A DNA stretch of 28,050 nt from Bugula neritina (taxonomy: Eukaryota > Animalia > Bryozoa), in the NCBI GenBank assembly GCA_964035545.1, contig CAXIUT010000198.1:1-28050 (forward strand), given 5' to 3'. This document shows, in pieces, positions 1 to 12,716 of this stretch (positions within the stretch are counted from its first letter, which is position 1; every line of letters starts with the position of its first letter). The translations under genes and the position numbers were made by a program. Under the pieces are notes generated by a model that saw nothing but the letters and a program-made list of their open reading frames with translations, did no database searches and had not been told where the DNA came from.

Positions 1-87
1 CCCAACCCCAACCCCAACCCCAACCCCAACCCCAACCCCAACCCCAACCCCAACCCCAACCCCAACCCCAACCCCAACCCCAACCCC
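1..87. repeat. Left telomere, (CCCCAA)n
   Basis: Pure C4A2 repeats from base 1 to 87, C-rich strand at the 5' end, the Tetrahymena-type ciliate telomere repeat. Confidence 0.98.
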
Positions 88-189
88 GGTATATTTTAAT
101 TAAATATTGTGATATTTATCAGAAATGAATAAAGATGGAAATTTATAAACTATAATTGCTTTGATAAGTATAATTAAAATATAGTTCTG

Positions 190-477
190 ATGTAAAAAAG
201 ATTAATGGAAAATCGATCATTTTAACATTTCAGAAGATGCAGACCCTTTATGCGTCGTTTTGGACTTCCTTTTACCCTCATTAGCGTCTTTGCTAATCTA
301 TCTTATGCTGGAATGAAAGCTCAAGGAAGTACAAACCATGAAGCTAGAACCCTAGCCTTTGTTGCAGGATTCCCAGGAACTGCTGTTAGTTATTTAGCAG
401 TTGAAGAAGGTAGTTAAAGAGCTTATGGAGTCTACCTTCCAAACAAAACTTTAGAAAACACGAAAAAAATGATCTGA
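190..477 (+). CDS. Small hypothetical membrane protein (~95 aa)
   Basis: With TAR=Glu: MEKRLMENRSFEHFRRCRPFMRRFGLPFTLISVFANLSYAGMKAQGSTNHEARTLAFVAGFPGTAVSYLAVEEGSERAYGVYLPNKTLENTKKMI, TGA at 475-477. Two hydrophobic segments. An alternative start at 125 would need an atypical 17-nt intron. Confidence 0.7.
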
Positions 478-580
478 ATTATCTTTTTAAGAAAAATAAA
501 TCCATCCTAAAGGCTTTATTTATATTGTTTTTTTTTGAAGTTTAATAAAAATCTATCTAATAAAATTTGTATAAGATTTT

Positions 581-1744
581 ATGGATAACAAACACTAAGT
601 TCATATCGACTTGAAAGAGCATTAAATAAATGAGTTACTTAAACTATAGTAGCTATTTCATTCTCATTATATGACTGAAGAGCTTCTCAATGCGATGATC
701 GGATTATATGTAAGATTTGTTGAGCATATCCAGATAAATAATCATCCTCTTCGTTTATTTTTTATGTAAAAAATCAAATTCGTACTATCTAGACCTGAAA
801 TTATTCGTATTCTTGAAAAGGATAGCAATGCGAATCAAAAAAATATGAGATAAACTATTCGTGGTGCATTAGGCATGAGTTATTAAGATGAGCTAGCTAT
901 GAAAAAAATAACATAAGAAGCTAAGCAAGAAATTCGTCAGAATCATATCATTAATATGAAGAAATAGCGGTCTATAGAAGGAGGTGAAATAAACGATAAA
1001 TTGAGAGAAAAATAAAGAAATATGAAAATTGATATGCAGATGAAGATAATGGAGTAGGTGGAACAAAATATGAAATTGATGAATAAGCAATTTAATTAAT
1101 AAGGCAATCAGATAAAAAAGAAATAAGAGGAAATAAATAATATGGTTAAGAAACAAGATAACAATTTAAATGAAAGATTAGCAAAAAGGAAGAAGAAATT
1201 GAGAAAGAAATCAGCTGATTTGAAATAAAAATAAATAATTGAAGTTGAAGCTGCTCCTCCTATTGCTAAAGAAGAGTTAATTTAAATGAAAAATATTATT
1301 AGACAAACTTATGAAAGATTTACCAGGTTAACCATGAATAAATCAAAGAGAGGCACTCAATCAAGAAATGTTTAAAACTAAGGAAAAGTCAAAGTAAAAA
1401 TAGAAGAAGCACCTATATATGAAGAGGATATTTTTGATTAATTAGATAAAAAAGGAAATGGAAAAAAATAATAAAATGCTTTTACTAAAAAGAAGAAGTC
1501 ATAGGATTAGCATAGAAATTCAAATAAAAGAGATCGTTCTTCAGAAAAGAAATCATCAAAGAAGGATTCGAAGAAGTAATCAAAGAAATAATAAAAAAAT
1601 GAGAAAAAATAGGAGTAGAAGAAGGCAGGTGAAGGTAGAGATGGAGATTCTTCGGTCGAATACAAGGCATTTGATCAAAACAAGGGCAGAGTGACGATTC
1701 GTAACAAGGTGTATGAATAGATCGAGGACGAGTAGGTTTTTTGA
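581..1744 (+). CDS. Hypothetical K/E-rich coiled-coil protein (387 aa)
   Basis: Single TGA-free frame from ATG 581 to TGA 1742-1744 (MDNKHEVHIDLKEHEINELLKLEELF...YEEIEDEEVF). Confidence 0.8.
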
Positions 1745-1791
1745 TGTTGTAATAGGTATTTGAATTAAATTCAAATATTAATAATTTAAAG

Positions 1792-2574
1792 ATGAGCGAG
1801 TAATCATAGTTTAGTGAAGATGTTAATGTGGGATGGATTCAGTGGTTCGTTGGCTTAGAAGACCATGTCTTCTTCTGCTAAGTTAATGAAGATTTCATCA
1901 AAAACTAGTTCAACCTCTATGGACTTAAAAAAAAAGTCAACAAGTATAAGTATCTTTTTAGTTATACAGTGATGCTCTTAAAATGATCCTAAAAACTGTG
2001 CCTCCCAGTGAAGATGAAGTAGATGATCCAAGGTACCTTTTATCATATCTAGATTCTTGGAAATTTACCAATATGCTACTGAACTATACGGATTGATTCA
2101 TGCAAGATATATAACTACTCCTGAAGGTCTTGCAATTATGAGAGAGAGATATCTTGCTGGTCGTTTTGGCAATTGTCCGAGAGTGATGTGTGAAAAGCAG
2201 AATGTGTTGCCAATTGGAATCAGTTAAGATTTAAAAATAGCAAGGGTTAAAATATACTGTCCTCGTTGTAAAGATATCTATTCTCCTAAGAAGAAATCAG
2301 CTGATGCTGATGGAGCATATTTTGGTACTTCTTTCCCTCATTTAATTCTCATGGTAATTTATAGGTTATTCAGACTTATACCGATTTGAAACCTTATTTC
2401 AAGCGAGAGGAGTTCGTACCTAAAATATTTGGATTTAAAGTTGTATCGAATGAGTAATAAGGAGAAAAAGAAATGCTTAAAGAAAATAAGAGCATTTTGC
2501 CCAACTAAGTTGACAATATTGAGAGTTAAATTAAGCCTTAACCATCAAAAAAGAAGAATAAAAAGAAAAAATGA
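1792..2574 (+). CDS. CSNK2B: Casein kinase II regulatory subunit beta (240 aa); introns 1950-1969, 2033-2052, 2354-2373
   Basis: [76 protein letters not shown]. Three 20-nt GTA..AG introns restore the frame. Confidence 0.96.
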
Positions 2575-2654
2575 TTAGAGTATCATAGAATTCATTCATA
2601 ATAATTAAGATAAAATGAATTAATAAGTTGATAGATGAGTTGATTAATTTTGAT

Positions 2655-2659
2655 AAAAA
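2655..2659 (-). terminator. RNA polymerase III terminator (T5) of tRNA-Ala
   Basis: TTTTT immediately 3' of the tRNA discriminator base on the minus strand. Confidence 0.7.
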
Positions 2660-2732
2660 TGGAGTTATGGGGAATCGAACCCCAGGCCTCTTGAATGCAA
2701 ATCAAGCGCTCTACCAACTGAGCTATAACCCC
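2660..2732 (-). tRNA. trnA-UGC: tRNA-Ala (anticodon UGC)
   Basis: Reverse complement GGGGTTATAGCTCAGTTGGTAGAGCGCTTGATTTGCATTCAAGAGGCCTGGGGTTCGATTCCCCATAACTCCA folds as a cloverleaf with a G3:U70 alanine identity pair and a TTCGA T-loop. Confidence 0.97.
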
Positions 2733-2834
2733 AGACAATATATTTAATTTTATTCCCTTTAACTTACCAAAACTTTTAAACCATACTCTTTACTATATCG
2801 ATCTTTATAGAAATTCCATCTTGATTAAAAAAAA

Positions 2835-4360
2835 ATGAGTTTGACTGCCATTCTCAAAAAAATAGATAAAGTCAACGAAAGACATAGAGAAATAGCATCT
2901 CGCTACAATTCTTCAAGCAAAGATTGTCCACGTCAAAGTGAAATATAAAGATAATTTCAAGAAGATCAAAGAATATTTGGTAAAAATATATCTTATTTAG
3001 GCTACACCAGTTCTTAAATCCTTGGAGTTTTTAATACTAAACAATCTGATATAGGAGATGAAACAAGGCCTTGTACTGCTTTCATTAAAACTTCTAATGA
3101 TTAAGTAGCTTCCAAAAAATTATTACCATTAAAGGGAGGAAGAGTTAAAAGTGTAGGTAAACCAATTTTTGGAGTAAAGTAACAGTATAATTTTTTGTTT
3201 AAAGAAGATATTTTTCCAGAAAATTATGATAGATTAAGACAAACATTGCCTCAATACGAAAACTATGGAAAAAAATAATAGAAAAAATTAGTTAAAAAAT
3301 TCAAGAACTTTGTTTTGCCAAAGAGTAGAGCTAATATTCATGAAAAGGCCCTTGGAGACTAAAAAATAAGATTTCTCGAATCTTTTGAGGATAATTTAGA
3401 AATAATTCAAAAAAAAGAAGAAAAACCTCAATCAAAGATAAACAGAAATAAAATGACTTATGATAAAAAGATAGATCTCCAAACTCCTAAAATATATACT
3501 AGAAATACTAAAAATCTTCTTGAAGATGTTTTCAAATTAACAAAAACTAATTTTGAACTTGGAAGTAAAAAATTAAAGAGTCAATATTCTCTATCTTTAC
3601 CCAATCTAAAATAAGTACTACCTTTATTAAGTAAAACTGAAGATAAAAGATTTTCAAATATGGATCCTATTAGTAATAATCCAGTTCCTTTTGAAGGTTT
3701 TTATGAAGAGTTGCAAGGTTTATTATCAAATAAATTTTATTTAACCTGTATCGTTCTTCCATCTCTTTTGTCTCTTAAATTTACAATAACTCTCTCAAAA
3801 GATTAAATAATAATAAATTAAACTAAATAAAGGACTACTTTACATAATTTGACATAAATGTTACTTAGATAACACGATTTTATTCATCTAACTTTTCATA
3901 CAAAGTAATCTCTTTTAACTGAACTCTTCATCCTCAATAAAAATATTTGTCAATCGACTAAAGTAGAAAATTAGATGATTTTATTAAGTTATTACTTAAA
4001 GATGTTTTTGCTATTCGATAAAACAAGTGATATTCGATCTGCAAACTAGAGTAGTTAGTTGATGTTGAAAAGTACTTAATATTTAATAAAGGTAATATAG
4101 ACGTTCCTGATCGTTTTTATGAGTATGTTGATTCTCTCAATTCAAAGATCGTTCATTTTTACGATAGGGAGAATAGATATTATACATTGTATATTGGAAA
4201 TATATTGGAAAACGGGTTGAGAAGTGTGGATTCATTTAAAAGGGAATTAGGATTTGGGCAAAAAGTTGTCAAGTTGAAGGATGGGCTTATTGGAGATATA
4301 AAGAAGTAAGTGTATAATTGGGCGTATTTTTATATCTGCTTTCTGCATATCAACGTTAAA
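2835..4360 (+). CDS. Hypothetical protein; probable intron 4072-4091; 3' end unresolved
   Basis: TGA-free frame from ATG 2835 (MSLTAILKKIDKVNERHREIASRY...). The 20-nt gtacttaatatttaataaag shifts into ...SNIDVPDRFYEYVDSLNSK...GLIGDIKKE, which has no TGA until 4946-4948. Unspliced, the frame stops at 4218-4220. The end coordinate is approximate. Confidence 0.6.
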
Positions 4361-4364
4361 AATA

Positions 4365-4898
4365 TCAATATTTGTGGTAGTAGTTCATCTTTTGTCTTTT
4401 ATTTTCTTATATCCTCCTCAATCTTTACTTATTCTATTCGACTTCCTTCTTATGAAGTTATCTCATTAGTTTCCAAGCTACTTTCTTTTACTTTTACCTC
4501 TATCTTTTGTTCTTTTTTGGGTTGTCTGTTTATTATGTCATCATTTTCTAACTCTATTTCGCAAATTCAAACTAATAATCTTTCCTTTTTTCAATGTCTT
4601 CTCTTATTTTTTATCTTTATAGCTTTCTCATTGCAATGGAATCAAGGTTAATATCTTCTTCATGATTAATAAAATTAGCAAGATGTACCCATACATGATT
4701 GTTATAAGGATGTTTAACTATTTATGGGTTAGTTTTTCTTTTTATTTATTATTTACGAGTCAATTCCTTCATTTTTAATTCATCTTTTAGTGATATTTAT
4801 TTCAAACGATCACCTTGGCGTCGCTCAATGGTCATATAGATATCATTCTACATCTTTTGGAGACGTTAAAATTAGTTATTTAGTTTATCGTACTTCAT
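4365..4898 (-). CDS. Hypothetical coiled-coil protein (177 aa)
   Basis: MKYDKLNNEFERLQKMENDIYMTIERRQG...KKVAWKLMRELHKKEVEENKERLRRIEENKRQKMNYYHKY then TGA. Confidence 0.72.
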
Positions 4899-5127
4899 TA
4901 TCAATGGGTAGTTGCTTCGAAATTAAAGTTTATAATTAATAACTTTGATAAAATCATTTAGTTAAAAAGAGTTTTTCAATATAATTATCAATGAATTGTA
5001 TTATAGGTAGAAATATGATATGAACTGAATGTTATTTAATGTTGAAACAAAATAAAAGAAAGAGTTTCAGAATTTACTTTTTCTCCTGTAAAAAGTTGAT
5101 ATCTAATATAATAGCTAAACTTCAATA

Positions 5128-7324
5128 ATGAAGGCTCCTCCTAAAAACTAATCAGTTAAGGTGGCATTGAGAGTGCGTCCTCTAAACAAGAGATAGACAG
5201 AAATGAATTCTCCTCTTTGTGTATAAACTAAAGACAATGTTTTAAGTATCAGAAAAGGAGCAGATATTAAAGATTTTGTCTTTGATTACGTCTTTGGAAT
5301 TTAAACTAAGCAATATCAAGTCTACTAAACTTGTGGATATAGTCTTGTAGAAAACGCTCTTTAAGGCTTTAATGGTACAGTTTTCGCTTATGGACAAACT
5401 GGAGCTGGAAAAACTTTTTCTATGGTCGGAGATTATAAAGATCCAGAGTGGAAAGGAATCATTCCTAGAGGGTTCGATCATGTTATTACTGCCATTCAAA
5501 CATCTTAATCTAAAAAGTATATGGTTCGATCAAGTTTTATTGAAATCTATAACGAAGAAATTTATGATTTACTTGATTCTAAAGGAGATACAAAGAAAGA
5601 TTTAAAGGAAAGTCCTCAAACTGGAGTTTTTATAAAAGATTTAAAATCTGTTCCTGTTCGATCAGTCGATGAGATGTTTAAATTGCTTGACTATGGTAAT
5701 AAAAATAGATCAACTGCAGCTACTAAAATGAATGCAACTTCTTCTAGATCTCATGCTTTGTTTACGGTTCATATTTAATCAGTAGAAGGAGGAGATAAGG
5801 TTAAAGCGTCAAAACTTAACTTTGTAGATTTAGCTGGTTCAGAAAGACAAGGAAAAACTGGTGCTTCTGGAGATACTCTAAAAGAAGGAGCTAAAATCAA
5901 TCTTTCGCTCACTGCATTGGGTAATGTTATCAATTCACTTGTTGATGGAAAAAAAGGAGGACATATTCCTTATAGAGATTCTAAACTGACTAGATTACTT
6001 CAGGATTCTCTTGGAGGTAATACTAAAACTTTGATGATCGGTACTATTCATATTATATAGCAAGTGCATCTCCTGCTGAAGACAATTATGATGAGACAAT
6101 GAGTACATTGAGATATGCTGCAAGGGCAAGAAATATTAAAAATTCTCCTCATGTCAATGAAGATCCTAAGGATGCTTTGATCAAATAGTATTTGTCGGAA
6201 ATATAAAAATTAAAGAAACAGTTGGGAGGATCTTCTGGATAAATAAGTTAAACCTCTGATGAACTATATCAATAGTTAGAAGAAGCAAAATAAAAAGCAA
6301 AAAAACTTGATTAGAAAGAGTAAGAAATTTTAGCAATGAAGGCTAAGATGAAAGAAATGGAGGAATTAATGTTAAAGAAGTCTGACTTATAAACTCCTGA
6401 GATGGTTGAAAAGGCTAAAAAGAGAAGACTTTAAAAAAAGAAAATTATGAAAAATGAAGAAATTAATCAACATAGAGTTGAAGAATTATAAAATTAAGAA
6501 GAAAAAGATTTATAGGAAAATGAAATTGAAGAAGGAAAAGATATTTCTCATTGGAAAAGTATGGCTAAAAGATTAAAAAGAAAACTGAAAGCAACTATTC
6601 AGGATAAGAAAGATATCAGTCAATAGTTTGAAGATTAGAGACAAAGACTCAATGAAACTATTAGAAATATTGAAGGAAATTTATCTTTCTATAAACAAAT
6701 AGCTGATAAATTTATGTCTGAATCTGATATGGCAGCTTTGAAAGACTCCTCTACTTATGATTTTGAGAAACGAGAATATTTAATTCCTCCTTTTTTGCTT
6801 CATGATTAAAAATTAAATTTGCCTAAAACTTTGAAAAGAAGAGAAGTTGATGACCTTTGGCAAGAAAAAAGAAAAGGATATCAACTTAAACTACTTACTC
6901 CTGACCTTCCAAATATATCTCAAAATAACTCTTCATTGTTAAATATACCTGAAAGTAAAAGTACTGTCTTTTCAAAAGATTACAAATAACCTACAACTAA
7001 TCCTTTCTTGAGCAATAGAAGAATTTTGAAATACCTTAATCATGAAGATCCTAAATACAAAGAGAAAGATTATAATGTTGAAAGTGGAGTTGAAAGAGAA
7101 ACCTTCTTTAGAAGAACTAACTTCGCAATGAGAGAGGCTAGTAATAGTCAAAATAAGCGTCCACCTTCTGCTTCATTCAGAGTGGCTTCAAAGACAAGTA
7201 AATTAATACTAATTTAGAATTGGTAGCTATTGATACTAAGGGCTTATCCAAAGGAGAAAAGTCCGTATAGAAGCGTGAGATATCTCGTGGTAAAGAAAAG
7301 TTGCAGCCAATAGCAAAGAAGTGA
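5128..7324 (+). CDS. Kinesin-2 family motor (KIF3/KIF17/OSM-3-like, 718 aa); introns 6041-6060, 7198-7217
   Basis: [30 protein letters not shown] (P-loop), [37 protein letters not shown], kinesin-2 neck [12 protein letters not shown], then a coiled-coil stalk. Confidence 0.95.
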
Positions 7325-7378
7325 TTATGATTAATCGATATATGATAAATTAAATAAAGATAAAGAAAAATTATAGAA

Positions 7379-10300
7379 TCACTATTCTGTGTTTTTAGTC
7401 ATATGCAATTTCGTTAAGGTGTAATAGCTGAGAGCTGGAGTTTTTTTGGCATAGCTTTATTGGGCATTGGGGATCATTATTCCTTGTCTGATTCTGCGTA
7501 GCATGTTGTTCATGACTAAAAGAATTTCTTATTTAGATTCAGTTGTTGCCATTACAACCATTTCACATAGTTTACATGAAAAAACTTTACAAGTCTTTAT
7601 TGAAGAACCTGAATCTATCATGTTGAGATAAGGTTAAGAAGAATTTAGTAGGATTTGTGTTTTTGTTATTTATTTAATTTTACCTGAATCAAGAGATAAA
7701 TACCTGAGGTGAAGACTGGTACTAATAAATTTGAAGAACTCATTGAAGCCCATTTAATTGACTCCCATGAAATACTGTATCTTTTCTTAACAAAGTCAAG
7801 ATAGTTCTGACATCCTGTAGTCACGCATTAGGGACCATTTGCCATATTAGAATACTAGTGAACTTTCTTTTTCTTACATCTACAACTTAAATCATTCTTT
7901 TTCTTCAATCTTGTCATTTCTTTGAGAATTAGAGTGACACTTCCACAAATACACTGCAATTTAGGTAATTCTTCAACTCTTTGTTCGATATCATTAAGAA
8001 TTTTCAAAGCCGATGATAGTGAAAGCAAATCAGATGTAAAAGTTGGAAAAAGCAGAATTTGGGTGTTGATGAGACACCAAGTTTCATATACTGAGCATCT
8101 GAACCAATAGCTTAAAGTATAAATGATAATGTTAGTAGCATAGTTTGTGTCATCATTGATGAAGAGCAGTCTTCCCTTGAGAAGCAATACTTATCTTAAT
8201 AAATCTGATATTTTAGGTGCTAGTCTAAATGCTAGAGTAGTGAGATGGATATCTTTAAAAGATATCAACAAAGTATTGAACTTTCTAAAAAGAGGATGAT
8301 TGCTAGTGGTGACTATATGTGTTATTTTAAGTTATTTTAGCTTTTAATATCCTCCTTATTATAGATGAATATTCTAGCAGAAAAAGATATCTTCCATAAT
8401 TCTCATAAATTTATTGCTTTTTGAGTTATTATAGCTTGATAAAAAATGCACTCCTCGAATTCTATTATCTCTCACTCGATATTCCAACTAAGTATTGCTT
8501 GTTACTATGCACTATGATTCTTCGGGTTATTTTTTCAACTATTACACGTATTTATTCACCAGAACTTCTATATCTTTTTGAACCATGAGTGGAGACTTCA
8601 GTATGTGAGGCGTTTCTTTACAATCTCCAAAAAGATCTCTAAATTTTTGAATTACACCTTTTATTTCAGGACGATGTTGAGGATCTCTGATCAAAATAGT
8701 TCTAAGATATTCAAGAATATTAGAGAAATTAGGATATTTATCTAATTTTTGTAGATTATTTTTGGTGAGTATTTATTCGTTTGGGCTGGTCACTTGGATA
8801 TAGAAGTTGACCCAATCAGCTCGATGGTATAGATAGTCTCCTGTCAGCATTTAATAAAAAAGACAGCCAATAGACCATACATCTGATGCTCTGGTCGTTC
8901 CAGTCTTTTTCCTTCTATCATAATTATCAGCTTATTTTTTTAGATGTAGAGCTAGAGTCAACATTTAAGGAGATTTGATGCATTCTGTTCCTCTTGATTT
9001 GATATCAAGTTATTCTTTAGATTATTCATAGATTCTGCATTATCCAAAATCTCCAATAACTACTTTTATAGGATCGCCTGTATGTTAGTCTAAATCTAGA
9101 AGGATATTGTCAGCTTTGATATCATAATGCGTTACAGATTTTTAATGTAAAAGCAACATGATGTGAAGTACATCCCAAAATATCTTCAAAATCTGATTAA
9201 TTTTATTAGGCAATTATTCTTTATGTTTTAGAATCCAATCTCTTAAAGAACAAGTGTATCTTTTCATCACAATGATATACGAATTATTGACGATGCCATA
9301 ATTGTACATAGTAGTGATTCTTTAATCTAGTCTAAAATTTTAAAGGCAACTGATCTAAGTAAAGATATCATGGAGGACACATCGTTAGTATATACTTTTA
9401 GGGAAGTTCATTTATTTTATTGCTACTTATTCTGGTTACTATATGTTTGTTTAGCAACTATAGATGACTCCGTATGCTCCTGCGCTGATTTTCTTCCAGT
9501 TTTTGTAGTGACTTAAATCAGTAAAAGTTGTGGAAAGTAATTTTAGCAATCTTTGACCGCATAAATATGGTTTTATTTTGCCTACAGATTCAGCTAAAAT
9601 GGGAATAACCGAACGATTTGATTCTTCATTTAGGTGATGATGCAAAATATATAAAGCATTGATTTTACCATGCGTAATAGGGAATTGATCGCAGTATTCT
9701 GGATCAAGAAGTCCTTTGTTTAAAAGCAATGACAATACTAACAGAATAGCCTATGAGTGAAGAGTCTTATTAGAATATATTTTCCTGATTTTTCTTTATG
9801 AAGAATAAATAACATTTCTTTCTGATGAATTTGCACTGAGATCATACTACCTTGATCTATTGATATTAAGTTTAGTGAGATTAAGTTATAATCCGACTCT
9901 TTTTGGTCTATCATTGATTTACTAAAGGAGGTTATCAAGAACTCCTCTCTATTTATCTTATTCTTGACGATCACTTTTGGTTGGAAGTTTGATAGATGGA
10001 ACAATGGTTTTCTTTTTTGTTTTAAATTATTGTTATTGTTTTACTGGTGAGGTTTTTGTTTTTAGTTTTTATGATTTTAATGGAAGGTTGGGTATTTTAT
10101 TTGATATTTTTTATGGTTGTGTTTTTATTTTGGTAGGAACATCAACTGTTTTAGTTACTTTTTTGATAAACTTTTATATATTTTATGCAACTTAAAATTA
10201 AAGTTAAAATTATCTGATAAAAAATTACAAAATTCTATATTGTTTGATTTTTCTACTGATTTAAAATGTTCTATTGATAGCAATACTTCCTAATATTTTG

Positions 10301-12648
10301 ATAAAAGTTATCATATAAATGGTATTGATACTGGGATGATAGCTGATATGAGGAGATTCCTTTGTAGCTAGTTAGTATCCATCATTTTGTAGATTAATGA
10401 GCTCATTCACAGTAATGAAAGAGTATAACTTGATAAAGTTGATAAAACTGTACTTGATGTAGAATGAAACCACTTATTCTTATAATAAATTTTATGATAG
10501 TTAATCGTGACAATAGTAAAAAATTTACCTGATAAAATCTAGAAGTTAATGCATGAAATGATGCTATTAGATGGTATTTTAGTTTATTTCTGGAGATGCA
10601 GATATTAGAGGTTATTTTTATTATAATTTTGAAGCAATGCAGCCTAATTTAGGATAAAAATATCCTGAAAGATGATTAAATAGTATTTTTATTGATTTAC
10701 TTTATTGATTACGTAGTTTTCTTTGATTGTATATATCTAAACATTTACGATAAAAAATAAGTACCTTTTTAATTTACTTATAAAAATTGTTATCAAAGAG
10801 ATATCTCATATATTTCTAGAGAGTTTACATAAAAATAGCATTTTTAATAAATACAGTAGATATTAGTCGTTCTACATGTTTATGGTTGGACATTAAACTG
10901 CCAATTACCAACAGATAGTTGCTAAATAACTATGGGTAGCGTGTGATTAGTGGTTATTATGTTTTTATACTTTTGAAGGAATCGTTTCTATCCTTTTTGT
11001 TGAATCTTTTACTGCTGTTAAACTGTTTTTAGTTTTATAAATAATCAAGAAAAGGATGAGATAGTTAAAGAATTTGACGTTTGATTAGGATCAGAATAGG
11101 AAAGAGAGAATCTATAGCTTGATAGTGGGCTGTATTTGAAAAAGAATGATGAAGATAGTTAGCTAGAAAAGCCAGGAGATTTGATTAATACTTATAAAAT
11201 CTAGGGCTATTCATATCACAAAGGGTAAAAAGTTGATTGATTTTAATGCTAATTTATCCAATTACAAAATCTATTTATTCTTCTTTCTTATTTTTAATAG
11301 ATCCATTGATAGTTTTTAGATGTTATATTCTGACTAACTTGATATCTTTAGTTAGATACTAGTCATTAATTTCCTTTTCTATGAGTTACTATTCATAGTA
11401 ATAAGAATTATTTTTTTTATTTCTATTCCATAGCAGTTTGAGATGTCTTTTTTATGTGATAAAACTGATTCTTTGTCCCCATAAACTGATAATTTAGTTG
11501 ACAGGTATTAGTTCTAATTGAATAGTTGAAAAATATTAGCTGGAACTATTTTATGTCTGATTTGTTTTCCAGCCATCGACTATACCAACTGTTGTTAGTT
11601 CTAAATAATCAAGGTATAAAGGTTTTATCTCTGTTATTGAATAATTATTCGAAGTGAGGTTACTTTTGAGACAAAGATGGATAAGGTTAGTTAATATTAT
11701 TAATACTTTTTTACTGTATCTTTTAGTTGTATCATCTATTTGTTTATCGAATCCTGAGCGGGTTTGACTGTAGTTACTTTAGAGGACTGATAATCTTGAT
11801 GAAAGTAGTCGATCTGATTATGCCTTTTATAAACATTGACTTCGATAATCTGAGTTATTTGAAAACTATTGAACCTGTTGAGTTCGTTTGTATGCCAGTA
11901 AGCATCCTAATTCTACTGCAATGAAGCCTTATCCGATAGAACTAGCTAATTATCTCAGTTATCCTATTCCATTGATCCTTTATTATCGGGAAATTGCTGA
12001 GTATCTGGATGATTGTATTGATTTAGAAGATGGAAGAAGGAGTGGAGGTATTTTTGAGAGACTGATATTGACTTATTCGGTGTTATCTTTTTGATTTTGT
12101 GGTTTATATTTTTTTGAGAGATGTGTTTCTAGGTTTTACTTTGCATTTTCCCAGGATTAAAATTATTACTTGCCAAGATCTTGAAGAAATTTTAGTTCTC
12201 CATTTTCCTAGAAGTGAGAAGATACAACTTTATTTATCAGCTTTCTGATTCTCTCAGGAGCAAGTATATTTTTGAGTCTGTTTGCATATTTTTTAGCAAT
12301 CAGAAAGAAGAAAGCAAGACTAATAAAGCAAGATGTATGTTGGAACATGTGATTCATAAATTAATTAGTAATATGTTCTAGTGTTTGTGGTTGGTCTTCA
12401 ATTATTTTTTTGAGGAGTTCTTCGATGAGAAGCAGACACTTCTATGCTGTAGTTCTATCATCTAGATGTTTATAGTGGAGTAGATTTCTGGTTTGGCAAG
12501 TGGTAACAATCAGGGAGGAGGCGATGGAATTGGCTGCGGCTGGGGTAAGGATTGGTTGTGCCTTGATGATTTTTTTGAGATAGTCTGCTAGTTGTGGGTT
12601 AAGAGAAGGTAGTTTGCTGAGTTACTTTATTATAGTAGTTGACTACAT
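7379..12648 (-). CDS. Large (~1749 aa) Ser/Thr kinase-domain protein with C-terminal DSP-like and Cys-rich regions; intron 7684-7703
   Basis: One TGA-free frame from ATG 12648. Kinase at about 9500-8650: ISAGAYGVIY, VAIK, HYDIKADNILL, IGDFGE, RGTECIKSPE, DVWSIGC, DPQHRP. Confidence 0.88.
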
Positions 12649-12716
12649 TTGAATATAATATCGTATTTATATTATATGATGATGGATTATAAAAAACATG
12701 AAGATGCAAATGCATT

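Noticed and set aside
168-184. 17-nt intron extending the first gene to ATG 125
   Set aside because: It fits the frame, but all supported introns are 20-21 nt and ATG 190 needs no intron. Not excluded.
3360-4030. TGA=Trp read-through in an alternative frame
   Set aside because: The TGAs arise as NNT|GAN shadows of an open main frame. Conserved Trp residues elsewhere use TGG and genes end in TGA.
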